Shown here: positions 13,301 to 40,100 of the stretch, piece by piece | Numbering within the stretch: the stretch's first letter is position 1 | Layout of the letters: the number at the start of each line of letters is the position of its first letter | From: Azolla caroliniana | Taxonomy: Eukaryota; Plantae; Polypodiophyta | Length of the DNA stretch: 64,000 nt | NCBI GenBank assembly: GCA_043228905.1 | Contig: JBHGNT010000003.1 | Location: forward strand, 19,344,001-19,408,000 | Direction of reading: 5' to 3' | Notes under the pieces: generated by a model | Seen by the model: only the letters and a program-made list of their open reading frames with translations | Told to the model about the DNA's origin: nothing | Database searches by the model: none | Translations under genes and position numbers: made by a program

Positions 13301-15854
13301 AGTAAGCCGAATTACGACAAGCTGAGGATCTTCGGATGCGAGGCGTACGCCCTTATTCCGAAAGATGATCGCCGAAAACTTGCACCTCGGTCCAGGAAAT
13401 GCATTTTCCTTGGATATGGATCCGACGGCGAAATGGGATACCGACTCTGGGACCCCGAACGCAGACAAATCGTTCGAAGTTCGGACGTTGTGTTCAACGA
13501 GTCGGCTATGAATCCATCAGTCGAAAAACCGATCGAAGTCCGAAGGGTAACATTTTCCGATGTGCCGACCCTTCAAGAAGGCCCCGCTCTCAACACACGG
13601 TCAGCTTCACGGGTAGCTGAACCTTACACTACCGACTCGGACGACCCCGACTCGGCACAGCAGAACAATCCGCTTTCGGACCATCCGACCTCGATACCCG
13701 ATGCGACCAGTCCAATCATACCTCGACGATCCGAGAGACTGTCGCAACCTCCGGAGAGGTATTCTCCTGGAATTTTCTTCACCGACGCCGGCGAACCGAC
13801 GTCTTACGAAGAAGCATCGACATCTGTCGATTCAGCCACCTGGCATCTGGCGATGGAGTCGGAAATGCACTCCATTCGGGCAAACAAGACTTGGGATCTG
13901 GTCGAATTACCTAGGAACCGACGTGCTCTTCCTTGCAAGTGGGTTTATCGACTAAAAGAGACGTCTGATTCGACCACCCCAAAGTACAAGGCCAGATTAG
14001 TTGCAAAGGGCTTCCGACAAGAATATGGCGTCGACTTCGACGAGATTTTTTCACCAGTGGTGAAAATGACAACCCTCCGTTTTCTACTCGGCGTAGTGGC
14101 AGCCGACAACTTGGAGCTAATTCAGCTAGATGTCAAAACAGCCTTCCTCCATGGTGATCTTGACGAGGAAATTTATATGGAGCAGCCAAAAGGCTTTGTG
14201 GCAACTGGCCAAGAACATCTAGTCTGCCGACTCAGGAAGAGTCTATACGGCCTCAAACAGGCACCGCGACAATGGTACAAGAAGTTCGACGACTTCATCC
14301 AATCGATCGGCTTCTCCAAAAGCGATGAGGACCATTGTCTCTTCACCAACACAGCTCAAGATGGATCACCCATCTTCCTCATCATTTACGTGGACGACAT
14401 GCTAATTTCTGGACGCCACGCGGGCGAACTTGCCGATCTCATTCGGCAACTGCGGTTGAAGTTTGCCATGAAGGACCTCGGTCCGGCACGACACATACTC
14501 GGCATGAAGATTAGTCGGCATCGCGACAAACGACATCTTTTTTTGTCTCAGACCGACTATATCGGACGTGTCTTGGAACGCTTCAACATGCAATCAGCCA
14601 AATCTGCTTCAACCCCGCTCCCGATGAATCTTCGGCTCTCTCAGCGAGACTGCCCGACATCCGGCCCGGAGGGGGAAGATATGAAGTCGGTACCGTATGC
14701 ACCGGCAGTCGGCTCCCTTATGTACCTGATGGTCGCGACACGGCCTGATATTTCTCATGCCGTAGGAGTCGTTAGCAGATTTATGCACAATCCTGGCCGA
14801 TCGCATTGGAACGCAGTCAAGCATGTGTTCAGATATCTGGCTGGCACAAAAGACCATGGCATTCTTTTCGGTCCGAACCGAACCTCAGGCGTAGTCGGTT
14901 ACACCGACTCGGACTTCGCCGGCTGTATAGACAGTCGGAAATCAACAACCGGATACTGCTTCAAATTCGGCAATGGAGCAATCTCGTGGAAGTCGAAACT
15001 TCAGGAGTGCACAGCGACCTCAACGACCGAAGCAGAATATGTAGCTGCGTCCGACGCAGCAAAAGAAGCTTTGTGGCTCGGTCGGTTGGCGCACACGTTT
15101 CGACAAGTCGACCATGACTCGGCTCCAGTTGTCTACAGCGACAGTCAAGGTGCTGTTGCCTTGTCGAAAAATCCGGTTCACCACAACGCCTCCAAACATA
15201 TCGACGTTCGATATCACTTCGTTCGGGACTGCGTCATTTCAGGGAAAATCGGTCTAGAGAAAATATCCACAACCGACAATGTCGCAGATGGAATGACCAA
15301 GTGTCTTTCGGCAGACCGTTTTCGGTCTCTTCGGCATCAGATGGGCGTAACGACAAACCAGTCCGGTTAGAGCCGGACACAGAGCAGGATGGTTCCCGAC
15401 AACCGACATCAGTTCCTTAATGATCGGCTTCAACTGTTCCGACCCGACCAGTTCGGTCTTCTACCTTCGGACCCTGCCGACTCGAACAAAGCTGATATGT
15501 CCGAGAACCTAAGTCTATACCTGTAATCTTAGATAACCCATGTATACGCCCATTACGGGGGAGTGTCGAATACATGTGTATAATGGACGTATTCACACTA
15601 TCCCGTTTTGGCCATTTATGTAATTAGCATAAAGGGTAGTTGCCCTAAGTCGGTCACTATATATAGTGACCTTGTAACCTTTTTGTAAGGTTGGGTGTTG
15701 TATTATTGCTTTATGGAATAAGGAGTCTTTTTGTGCCTCTCTGTCTCTCTCTCTCTCTCTCTCTGTGCAACGACCTACAAACTGTCATACGCAGGTATTC
15801 AGAACACAATCAAATGCTACTTGATCTTCCGCAAAGACGACTTTGTCTCCAACA
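10394..15854 (+). mobile_element. Full-length young Ty1/Copia LTR retrotransposon (5461 bp)
   Basis: 291-bp LTRs at 10394-10684 and 15564-15854, one substitution seen; TSD TGAGG at 10389-10393 and 15855-15859; PBS TGGTATCAGAGC (initiator tRNA-Met) at 10687-10698; PPT ACGGGGGAG ending at 15563. Confidence 0.97.
11357..15370 (+). pseudogene. Copia gag-PR-INT-RT-RH polyprotein with one in-frame TGA at 12443-12445
   Basis: CNYCKKPGHIKADC knuckle, WLLDSGAS protease, HSDVCGP / RTDNGGEF / QNGIAERMN integrase, YVDDML RT, TDSDFAG / KHIDVRYHF RNase H. ORFs 11354-12445 and 12470-15370 share a frame and read LHNV*HVPEL across the stop. Confidence 0.95.
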
Positions 15855-17589
15855 TGAGGAGGGTGCTTTATATAGAGTCACCCTCTCTCTTCATTAACTT
15901 TACAACAACCACTCTCTCTGGTGAAAGATCGAAGAAGGAGGGCGGATTCTCCCGTGCTAGTACGGCGGTCCGCATCGTGCTGAATCGTGGTGCAAGGCCA
16001 CCAAGAAATACTTGCACTATCACGTCATCCTCCACGTTTATCACAAAGCTCCTTGATCTTAAGGTGTAGCTCATGATAGACATATCCCTTTGTTGGATAT
16101 TATTCAACTATTGGCGGAGTTGAAGCTTTCTCGCGGTAGTGTTGGCGGCAAAAATCTTTCGTAGATTCTCCCACGCTTCCTTCGACATCTTGGCTTCTCG
16201 AATGTACCCGAGCATGTGGTCGTGAACACATGTCGCCAAGTAATACATCACTCGGCTTGCCGCTTGCTCCCACGTTGCATAGTCGACGTCTTCCGGGTTG
16301 GGCCGATTTTCTTGTGCTCCTTTGATGTAGCTCCAATAGCCTTGGCCGACAAGGTATTGGTGCATCTTTTACTCCCAAGATGCAAAGTTCTTGCGATCCA
16401 ACTTCTCGCTAGGGAGAGCGCTCCCCATTAGAGTATTCATTGTCTATGTAGATTTCTTCCTTCTTTCCCTTTCCTTCTCTCTCAAACACGAGCTATGTAG
16501 TTGCACTACGATAGCGATGAGTCAGTTCTTCTTGAACGTTGGTGTAGAGCACAACACACGATCATGATGAAGCGAGTGGGCTAGATCGAGCTACCAAATC
16601 GCTCTAATACCATGTAAAGAATCGGGTATGATTCTTGTGTAGCAGAAGAGATGTGTGTTATGTGTATGTGTGAGAGGAATTAGAGAAGAGAATAGAAACT
16701 CAAGATAGATAAGCTAGAGAAATGAAATTCTCAAGAAGAAGATGTATATTCACAAGTAGAATGAGAAATACAAAATGTAGCATTACAAGGAGTCACAACC
16801 GACTTAGTATGAAGCATGAGGAGGGTGCTTTATATAGAGTCACCCTCTCTCTTCATTAACTTTACAACAACCACTCTCTCTCTTGGGAAATGTGAAGACT
16901 CATAGTCATGGGGAATATGTAACTCATTAATTATGTGTCATAGAATATGATTCTATGACACATAGTTAATGTGTAGAGAGTAGTGGTGTGACTCTTGACC
17001 TTTGAGTAATCATGGATTCGCAAAAGGTGTGTTCACACGTTGCACTATGTTGAGCTTGATTCTCAACAGTTATGTTGCAAGAATTGAGGATGCAAGTTAT
17101 GTAGGTACCCAATCTCATGGTGAACATTGGTAATCCAAGGGGAAGAGTTCACGGGTGTACTAGAGCACACATGGTCCTCATCAACAACAACTTAGGTAGA
17201 CCGGAGACCGGTTGTTCTTTTGACTTGGAGCCTAATCGGGAAGATGAAAGGGGAGAAGACTCGTCCTTGAAGTTGTTTTGTAACAAGGCAACAATATGTT
17301 TCCGGTACCTTACATCTGAAAATGAGGTTGCGGGGCTGCAACCATTATGGAAGAGCTCCCCGATACAAGGGGAGCTTATGGAACTTGCTCAAGATGTCCC
17401 ATTGGTTTACATATGGAAGGTACAAGATCTAGGGCTAAAGCCTGGTTTGTTCCACTTCCATTGTGCTGAATTACCCAAGAATCAAGAATGGAAAATAAGT
17501 ATGGAGTGGGAATTTCTATGGCGTATGGTGGAGACATATTTTTCGAGCATAGGAGATTCCCCCTTGACTTTTTTCGTCAACCCAAGTCA

Positions 17590-20500
17590 ATGAGATTTTG
17601 TTCTTGGAATGTGCAGGGACTTGGTGGGTCTCAACATTGGCTAGAGAAGCGATTTTTTAGGAGAGAGTTGGAAGTTGTTGGCTTATGTGAAACAATTGAT
17701 ATATTGCTCTCACAAGAGCATCACCTTGGCCGAGAAAGAACATAACTTTTCAAAGACTCGTTGCCAGGGTATTGGTACACATGGTGGGCCCTTGTTCACG
17801 GTGTGTTAGAGAGGAGAGGTGGAGTGTGTATTTCGGTGAGGAAATCACCAGATATGACCATCTTGGATCATGGCATGTTGATCGAAAGCAAGGCCATGTT
17901 CAACTATCTGGAATGGAGGAATGTAAAATTTGGGGTGTTGAATGTCTATGCACCTAACAATAGCAATGAGAGGACCTCATTTTGGAGTCAGTTGGCAAAC
18001 AAAATTCCCTCCTTCGACAATTGGATAGTGGTGAGGGATTTTAACATGACAGAGAGAATGGAGGATTGTCTTGGGGCTCATTTGAACTTGCTACAGGGGG
18101 AGGAGCTTAGAGCATGGGGTTTCTTAATTTCTATGCTGGGAATCCGGGATTCATGGTATTCTAGTATGACGGTTGAGGTGAATTTCTTGAGGTTTTCATG
18201 ATTTGGTTGGAAGGAGAGTGAAGGATGTCACTCTAGATTGAACCGCATCTATGTGAGCCCCGGGATAGAGGAATGGAGTGGCTACACATCCATTCTAGCT
18301 GGTTTTACATATTCGGATCATCTTCCAGTCTCCTTGACTCTCGAACCTATTTATAAGAAGAAGAGTGAGAGCAATTTGAGGATTCCTCCGAAGAGTTTTG
18401 GTATCCAGAAGGTTAAGGATGCAATGAATAACATTTGGGCGGCATCCCCTTCATCCCACGACCCGGTACAGGTACTGGAGGAAAAGATAATTAATTCTTC
18501 TTTGGTTCTTCAAAAAGTGGTTAGGGAGGAGCTGTTAAGGTGTCAATACCGGCTGCAACGCATGAGGAAGGTAGTCATTTCAGGTCAAAAGCTCACGCAA
18601 GTGGACCCATGTTGTGCTTGGGCGAAAGACAGGCTGCAAGAGGCCACTAGGGTGCTGCAGGAGGTTAGACAACAACGTGAGCAATTACTCTTCAGAAAGT
18701 CGGCAACATGGTGGGTTGTCAAGGGAGATAAAGTTAACTGAGAGTTTTTTCTGACCAAGACTCCGAAACGTAGAGGAACGCATATTCAAAGTCTCAAACG
18801 GGAGGATGATTCGATGGCGTCTGATCAAGAGGAAATCTTGCAAATTGCGACTAATTACTACAGAGACCTTTTAGCTCCAACGTTGACAAACGACCCTCCG
18901 AGTAACCTGATGCATGATGTACTTACATGCTTGAAGACCAGGATTGGAGAGGTAGCTAAAACGCAGTTGGCAAAAGCCATAGAGGAGAAAGAGATTGTAG
19001 CGGGGCTAGACAAGATACATAGTATGGCTTGTCCAGGTGTTGACGGTCTTCCCAAAGCCTTCTTCAAGGAGTTTTGGGAGCAATTTTTTCCAAGCTTGGA
19101 AGCTGGATTGTAGAAGATGTGGAGAATGGGAAGGATGTCGAACAACTTCAATGAAGGCTTGATTTACCTGATTCCTAAATCGGAGACTGCGTTGCACAAG
19201 ATTAAACAATGGAGGCCCATTACAGTTTTAAATCTAATTTATAAAAATTTTGCTAACATACTAATGCAGAGAATCAAGCCCTTTCTAGGAGATATCATCC
19301 AATCCAATCAAACCGGTTTCATGGAGCATCGTTCTATTATGGACAACGTGATTTTGTTTTGGGAGGCTGTTGCAACAGCGAGGGAGACCAATCAAAACAT
19401 AGTCTGTCTAATGCTTGACTTCGAGAAAGCCTATGATCGAGTGTAATGGTCTTTCCTTGATGAAGTGATGAAGGTCATTGAGCTACCATTGGAATGGAGG
19501 TGTGTTGCCCAAGCCTTATATAGGAATGGCTCGAGTAAGGTGTTGATTGCAGGGAGGAAAGGAGATCGAATCTCTCTAACTAGATCCATCAGACAGGGTT
19601 GTCCTCTTGCCCCCTTTCTGTTCCTTTTTATTACTGAAGCAATGTTTGCCTTTTTTAATAGTCAAGGGGGCAAATCTCAATGGTCTTTCGATCCCTAACT
19701 CAAGTAAGTCTCTGCTGGACTCGGAGTTCGCAGACGATATGATGTTGTACCTCCAAGGAAATGAAGCGAATCTTAAGAGGGCATAGAGTGCTATTGATCT
19801 CTTTTGCAAAGCATCGAGAGCCTTCATCAATTGGAATAAGTCCAAGGGTTTCTGGATTAGCTCGGAGTCAGAGCTTGTATGGAAGCCCAATGTTGAATTC
19901 AAATGGATTGTAAAAGGGGAAGCCACTAGATATCTCGAAACGTGGATTGGTGTAGATATCGACAAAGGAATTCAGTTGCAACAAATTCAAAGTAAAATTT
20001 GTGACAAAATACGCAACTGGTCAGGCATGAACTTATCATTGGCTGGCAAGATCATAGTAGCTAACCATGTGCTCTTGTCTACGTTATGGCATGTAGTTTC
20101 AATGTGGATGTTTGACAAGCAAGCTATTCGTACTGTTAAAGCGTGTATTAGGGGATTCCTATGGGCTGGGATAAGGAAAGACAATGCACGCGGCAACCAA
20201 AGTATCATGGTCTACGTTGTTTCTTCCCAAGAGTAAGGGGGGTTTAGGATTGATTGACCCTGGATTGCAGAGTCAGGCATTGCTATGTAAGGTATTGGTA
20301 AGGAGCTTGCTACCCAATAACGAGTTATGGAAAACATTGATACATAATAGGAGCATTCTCTGGAGTCCAAGAGTTGGTGGGCAAAGGAAGTCACATAAAG
20401 CATGGTTTTTTTGTATGGACTTAAAGTTGAGGAAATCTAATCGATTGGCTTATCGTACTTGTATGTCAGTGATGCAGGCATGGGTGGAGTATGCTCTGTG

Positions 20501-21870
20501 GGCATCTAAGTCGAAATCTTCCAAGTACTAATGCTGAATGGATGCGCTAACCCCTATTGTGGAATGAGACCATAAAATCGTCAGAGGGAAAGATGCTGGG
20601 ATAGAGCAAGCATATCCCGTGGGCTATATTGTATTGTGTAGGGATTCATTCAGTGGCAGATTGGATGCGGTTGTCCGACAGTAATCATGATAAATTATAT
20701 GAAGACGTGGGAAAGGTCAAAAATGGCAAAAAGATGCTTGACCTAGTCCATACAACTATCTAGTCCATTCCTATTGGTAATGAGGAAGAGGGTGAATGGT
20801 CTGGACAATGTGATGATACGGGAAAAATTATCAATGCTAGGGGTCTAGGAAAGAATGGGAAGATCGTCCAATTGGGATCAATAGAGGAAAGTGCAAGTTG
20901 GTACTCGATTAGAACTGTGGCACGAGACGACAAGAAATGGAAGGTGAATCCACCAGTTGATGAGGTTGAGGAGGACTGGATCTTGTATGTGGTTGAAGGC
21001 AATCCACTCGAGTGCTTAGAATGGGATCATGCTGAATATAAGTGGAAGGGAGAACAAGATAAATCAATAGGTTTCTTTGAATACTCGACGCGCTTGGGGA
21101 GAAAGTTAATAATGTTGGCATCATGAGAAGTGTGCCAACAAATGGGCTCATGTAGCTGTCGATTTAGTCTTCGTGGATAGAACCAGGAGCAAGATATGGA
21201 ACTCATCCCTCCCTGAGCGGGTCAAAGTGTTTTTCTGGTTTATCACCCATCAGGCTGTTCCAACGGGAGAGTGGCTTGGGAAAAGAGTTTGCATGAGTAG
21301 TTGCAAGGCCTACACTACGAGCTTGGAGGACATCACACATTGTTTGTGGTGTTGCCCACGAGCCTAAGAAGTTTGGGAGCTTAAGAATCTTGGCTCGATT
21401 CGGGGTTGAGGTTCATGTATCGAGCGCAACAGTCACTTGGTTGGCCACTGAATAGGCTGCGTGGTTTCAAGGGTGGAATGGAAATAGTCATTCTTTAAAG
21501 GTGATGCAAGGAACTGTACAACCAACACAAGGAGGTTCATTCTTCATACATGAACGCTATGTGGACATATGGTTATTAGTGGTCGGCCTTACGGTTTGGC
21601 AAGTGTGTGTATCTAGGTGCAAGGAGACTTTCTCAGGTAGCGAACCCCACCCGCTGAGAGTTTAATGATGATCTAGTTTAATCTTATTCCTACGTTACGA
21701 GGAGAGTTTGAAAGTCTTCAAGGGCCCTCAGACGCAAGTGAAGAAGCTAGTGCTTGGTTCCTTCTGAAATGGAGCGGTTCGTCGATGTTGCAGATGGTGG
21801 ATGGTTAAAGCGAAGAGGAATTATCAACCACCACGATGGCTGTTCCCTCCGAGTGTACCTAACATATAGA
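17590..21870 (+). pseudogene. LINE ORF2 (endonuclease / reverse transcriptase), disrupted
   Basis: Successive fragments from 17488-17745 to 21173-21367 carry APE, RT and zinc-finger motifs separated by stops and frameshifts. The 3' end is approximate. Confidence 0.88.
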
Positions 21871-23520
21871 TGGATGTTGCCATGAGAAGAGAGTGGAGGA
21901 TGTCAATGCTGAATTCGAGTTGTATGAGGCTCACATGGAGGGTATGCGTTCGGGTAATGCTATGCTCATCGAATGATGTAGTGTTTTGGAATTGTTTTTG
22001 TTGTTTCCTTTACACATATTGTTTTCTTTTTGACATGCAAGTTGGCCTGTAAGATATGAGTTGTTTATTCTATGTACATTGCCTTAACTAATGGAAGTAG
22101 TTTTTTTTTGGGAAGAAAAAGAAAAAAAGAAAACATTTTACATAGTTATCAAGCCAAACTTTGCCATATGATTGAAATTAGACTTGAGAATTTCTTTTCC
22201 ATCCAAGTATATGATAGGAGTTGCGAAGACATGAATACGTCTCATAATTAGACCTACTACCATGTCAACTACTCGACTAATCTCAAACTTTGTTGTTGAG
22301 AGCGCACCAACTGCAATGCAAAATCATGATAGATTTTGAGTATTTAAATAACCAAACACTATTGGAAACATGCCTCATGAATATTGATTGACTTTTGTAT
22401 CTATGTTTTTGGAGGGATTTCGAGGATGCTAACATAACATTATATTTATCTCTCTCATTACGTCATGTCTTTGTCCTTTCAAGCTCATTAAATATCAATC
22501 ATAATCTATCTCATTATCATGCTTTGGGCCTTGGACATTAAAATATCCTCATCATCCATTAAGTCATGTTTTTAGCCTTCTAAGAATGTGAAAAATATCA
22601 TTACCATCTTCATCATTTCTCTCATTGAAATGCTACATAAGTGACCAATATAATCAAGATATTACATCTTAACCTCCAATTACTAATTGGACCTCGATCC
22701 AAGTGGTAATATGAAGTCTAATATTAGTGTGTTCTTTGCCCAAAGTTTTCCCCTTGAATTTGTTTCTCAAAGTTGATTGGCACACTTGATGGATAGTTCA
22801 ACTGATGCATCAAACCTGACGATTGACCCATGATGAAATGAACATGTAATTCTTAAATTTCTCTTTGATATTCTTATTTTTACTTTCTCAAGAAAATGTC
22901 CCTCTTGGTGATCTTTGTTGATGCTAGTTGGATCATGTGATGAAAGTGAGTGCAAGAAACTAAAATGCATAAATGTGATTCAATAAATGTAATATAAGTC
23001 CAAAGAAATGGACATAATGTTATATTCATATATTGACTTTGAAACACGTCGGGCCATTGTTATATGACGTGCATTGAAATATACATTAGCTCAGATCATT
23101 TCAATAGACATTATTTAATGTCCATATAGTTGCAAATTGCAACCTAGACATGGCATGGAAAGAAAGATTGGTAGAGATCTAATTCTTATCTCCCATTGGA
23201 ATTTTCATAGAGATGACGACGGCGAAGAAGATATATTAACATCTAGCGAGGGTGGGGGCAACATGACTCATGGGGAGGGAAACAACCAACATCCACTATT
23301 GCATATCTTTACACTTGAAACTTAAGTCAAAACACGTGGCCTCATTTTATCGAAACATAAACCGTAAGACTTGTTGCCCAAGCAATACAAATTCATATTA
23401 GTATATTCTTGCCTTTCTAGTGGATAATCGATTTTGTTTGTCCATGGCTATGATGTACTAATCGTTTACAATTATTACATTCTTAAAAAATGGAGCACAA
23501 ATTATGTACATATAGGATAA

Positions 23521-36086
<12,566 letters not shown>

Positions 36087-36558
36087 CTCTCCAATACATA
36101 TATACATATATAGCGAACCAGCGATTGATTAATTACTGGGTCTAATTAAATCCGCGCGCTCTCTCTCTGTCTCTGTCTCTCATATATCTGTATATATATA
36201 TATATATTACAGTATATGTACATACAACAACACAGACGGAGGAATTTTCCAGTCAGTATTATCTATCTTAAAGAGAAACTAATCATTTTTCTTTTTGGCT
36301 TATTCGACGCTCTGTTTTTCCATGATTGGTTAATGGATCAAATCCATCAATTAATCACCATTAATTGCCCCCCCTACCTCACCCAACAAATTTTAAAAAA
36401 AAAATAAAATCATTCCAATTGTATTAAAACCCCTTTTCTCTAAAACAACAACAACAAATTCTTTTGAAAATTAAAATTTGATTAAAACAAAACAGAAAAG
36501 AAAACGCCCAGAAAACGCAAAACCAAATCTTTTTTGGAGGTGTGTCAGTTAATTCGTT

Positions 36559-36606
<48 letters not shown>

Positions 36607-36806
36607 TTGGATGGTCAATTTATTTCCAAATTTTGTTTGTTTTCTGTGTTTAATTCGGAAAAGAAAGAAAATGCCAAAAATTAAAAGAAAACAAATTCAA
36701 TTCAACGAAAAAGGTGAGAAGGGAAGAAAAAGAGTAAATATGAATTGTATTATGTACATATATGTATAGATCATCGATACATTCATTTAACTCAACGATT
36801 GGATTG

Positions 36807-37142
36807 ATACAAATACCAAATACAAAATACAAAATACAAAATACAAATACAAATACCAAATACCAAATACCAAATACCAAATACCAAATACCAAATACCA
36901 AATACCAAATACCAAATACCAAATACCAAATACCAAATACCAAATACCAAATACCAAATACAAATACAAAATACCAAATACCAAATACAAATACAAATAC
37001 CAAATACCAAATACCAAATACCAAATACCAAATACCAAATACCAAATACAAATACAAATACAAATACCATATACCAAATACCAAATACAAATACAAATAC
37101 AAATACAAAATACCAAATACCAAATACCAAATACAAATACAA
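36807..37142. repeat. Mixed (CCAAATA)n / (CAAATA)n simple repeat upstream of the carboxypeptidase gene
   Basis: About 335 bp of 7-mer and 6-mer units. (CA)n tracts also occur at 36561-36604 and about 30052-30090. Confidence 0.95.
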
Positions 37143-40100
37143 GTACATAACTCGGTTGTGTTCTGTGTTTACTAAACAAAGAACAAATCAAACAGGTAGG
37201 TAAAATGTGTATGTAAATAAGCAAGAAAATAAAGATAAATTTGAATAAATAGATGACTACATACAGAAAAGATGATCTATGGAGTTAATTAATTACATAC
37301 TTCTTAAAGATGGTGTGTGTGTGTGTGTGTGTGGGTGGGGGGGGGGTTCTTTTTTGGTCATAAATATATGAATACAATTAGATTAAATAAAAAGAAAAAA
37401 AATGAATAAATCAGATAAAATAAATCAATATTAATGAACAAATAAAATAAAAATGAAATCAATATAAATGAATAAATAAGATTAAAATTAAACAAATGAG
37501 TGTTTTTATTACCAAAGAGACAAAAAAGGGGGGTGAGAAATTATGTAAAGGATGGCTGGATGGAGCCAAATTTTGGCCACATGAATTCCTTGTGTGGGTT
37601 TTTCTTTGGTCATGCAAAGCCCACATATGTATGTGTTTTAGTTATATCAATATGGGTGGGGAGTCAACACCAACACTAACACAACCTCAATTTATAGTGT
37701 GTGGCCATTGCATTCTTGTCAAATTTTTTAAGGCCCCTAAATTTGGGTGGTTAAAGAAAGGAAGACCAAATTGAATGACAAAGGACACGAAGCCCATGCA
37801 TTTCTCATGTATTAATACTATAATGCGCACTCTCCCGAGTTTGTGTAATCATATACAATATGTATATGATTGTCAGGAAGGAGTCACATACAAGATAGTT
37901 ACATGTTGATCTGGTCCCAAACATAGTTGGTCTCATCATTGGCCATAAAATTTCTATTCTATTCTGTGTGTGTATGTGTGTGATGTATGCGAGCAAATCC
38001 CTATGGATGGATCTCTCTCACCGACCGCGGATCAATAGTTGTTCCCCTCCACCTCTTGCAAAGGAGCTTCGAGCCTCTACACTTGATCCTTGATGAAACC
38101 CTCAACCCCTTGCATGTCCTCATGTCTTACCACCTAACATTGTGCACACTCGCAAGTATGATTGGTAAATTGGAATCGATGAAAATATATGTATCTCCAG
38201 TGACATCGTGTCATGCCATCTTGTAGCACATGAGTCGCAACTTCCCTTTGGTCATGTTGGACAAGCGCATGCGTACCTCGATGATAGATGGAATAAAGCA
38301 CAATCCATTTACACACCTCATATCCATTACGATGCAAATGTGAAAATGATCTTTGAATTAAAACTGTATGTCCTATTGCACATTCAAGGGATGAATAACA
38401 ACCAACCAACCATGGTTTTCAAACACACACACACACCCCCCTTTCTTGGGACACATTTCTTTTTCTTTCTCTCACTTCATACGACCCTTTCAAAGCCTAC
38501 GTGTACATCATCTAGTGTTGTAGGTGATCTTGGTTCTTGCAATGAAATCTCCCCTCTTTATCTCAAATCCATATATCGGTTCAAGCATGACATTAGTATA
38601 TGATTAGATGCGCTTGAACAAATGAGGGCAATTGCTTGCAAAAGCTATATCATAAGCTTATTACATCATAAACTTATCGGTTTTAGGTAGGTACCCACCT
38701 ACCTAAAAATCGAGCTTTCAGTGCTCAATGACATTCACTTTGGTCCTATTATATCCCCTTGATTTACTAGAGACGAGAGATTGTTCAAGCATAAAGTCAG
38801 TTGCTTACATTCATCATACATTTAATGCTATGTTTAGTTGTGAAAGCAAGTCAAAAAAAAAGAAAGAATATGTTTTGAGATCTTCATGTATGTGCTTGAT
38901 CCTTGGATGTGTTCTGAAGTGCTCATAGAGCACAATATGTATTTAAAACACATTTTCTCCCGCGATGAGAGGAGATAATGGTGACCACAATGCACACGTT
39001 GGAGAGGCACACCTACTTTATCACCATTTTATGAACCCCTCCAAGATGTGCATAGTTTTGTTATTAAATTTGTCTGCTCATAAAATTTGTTATTAAATTC
39101 GACTAGTAAATGCACACTTTGAAAGGGTACTCGTAGCTGCATTACCCATGTTCAACGGATTTGTCAAACTATGTAACCGCCCATGGTAATCAATTTTGAG
39201 TACGCAATGAATTGATGATGCCTATAATTGCAATGTACATATTTAATTAAAGCATGGTGAGAAAGTGCATGATTAACTAAGACCTTGACTTCAAAGTCAA
39301 AGTCTTGAATATTTAAAATGGACCCCTCCCTCATCCTTACTCAACCAAAAATGCACTTAATGAAAGAAAATCCTTCGGTGTGTAGCACAATAGCACCTTC
39401 TATTCCATGATAGTATAAATTTTCCATTCTTTCTGGAAGATCTTACGTTTTCGACTTGCTCCAAATAATTGAAGTATTTTACAAACATTCCACCTCCTAT
39501 TCTATATCCTACTTTTTATGTCTTTTCGAACTTGAAGACTCAACTTCCTTTTGCTAATCAAAAGTCTTTGCTTTGTATTTTATGATAATCCATTACAAAT
39601 CCCAAACTTCCAATATGTTATCTTCTATCAATGCACATTTTCTTCATATTTCATTAAAGTTCAATTTAGGAGGGGTATTCTTTCGGGGATCATGAGGATC
39701 TTAGTGGACAAGTTGACAAAATTTTAATGTAGATTCCAAACCTTTTTTGTGTTAAGATGGATTTGTGAAGGAGCTATAGTCATTGGCCATATACAACAAA
39801 TCTAAAGCTTCTATAAAGGATACATACAATAATGTGCCTATAGAACAATGATTGCAAGGAAGGAGATGCCAATGGAGGGGCATAATGCATTTAGATGTGA
39901 TACGTGAACACTTTAAAGTTGTCTTTGTGCATTGTTTTTTTGTTATTTATGTGTGTGGATATTTTTAGATGAACTTGTAAGCTTATCAAATGTGCCTTCA
40001 TTTGTGTGGATTCAAATAGCATTCAATTCAAAGCTTGCATCAATATTGTGAGTATGCCCATGGTGGGTTAGGTGTATTAAGCAATTATTATTGGTAGAAG

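Larger units (their letters stand above)
10186..17068 (-). mobile_element. Internally deleted Ty1/Copia element (5' LTR, PBS, partial gag, partial 3' LTR) hosting a second Copia
   Basis: TSD GTTAT at 10181-10185 and 17069-17073. 5' LTR 16613-17068 (TG...CA). PBS TGGTATTAGAGC on the minus strand at 16612-16601. gag fragment 16440 to about 15926 (KLDRKNFASWE*KMHQYLVGQGYW). The 3' LTR survives as 10186-10393 plus 15860-15919; pol and PPT are absent. Confidence 0.88.
10067..22131 (+). mobile_element. 5'-truncated degenerate L1-type LINE (ORF1 tail plus ORF2 APE-RT-zf), interrupted by nested Copia elements at 10186-17068
   Basis: 11-bp TSD AACATTTTACA at 10056-10066 and 22132-22142; A-rich tail about 22113-22131. 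ORF2 starts at 17590 (MRFCSWNVQGLG) and has NVYAPN, SDHLPV, WRPITVLN, LDFEKAYDRV, RQGCPLAP, FADD and a zf-RVT-like HCLWCC, with many stops and frameshifts. Confidence 0.88.

Noticed and set aside
36650-37224. YQIPNTK / GIWYLVF ORFs; possible telomere-like 7-mer
   Set aside because: Simple (CCAAATA)n repeat; TTTGGTA does not match the plant telomere repeat TTTAGGG, and the array is interstitial.
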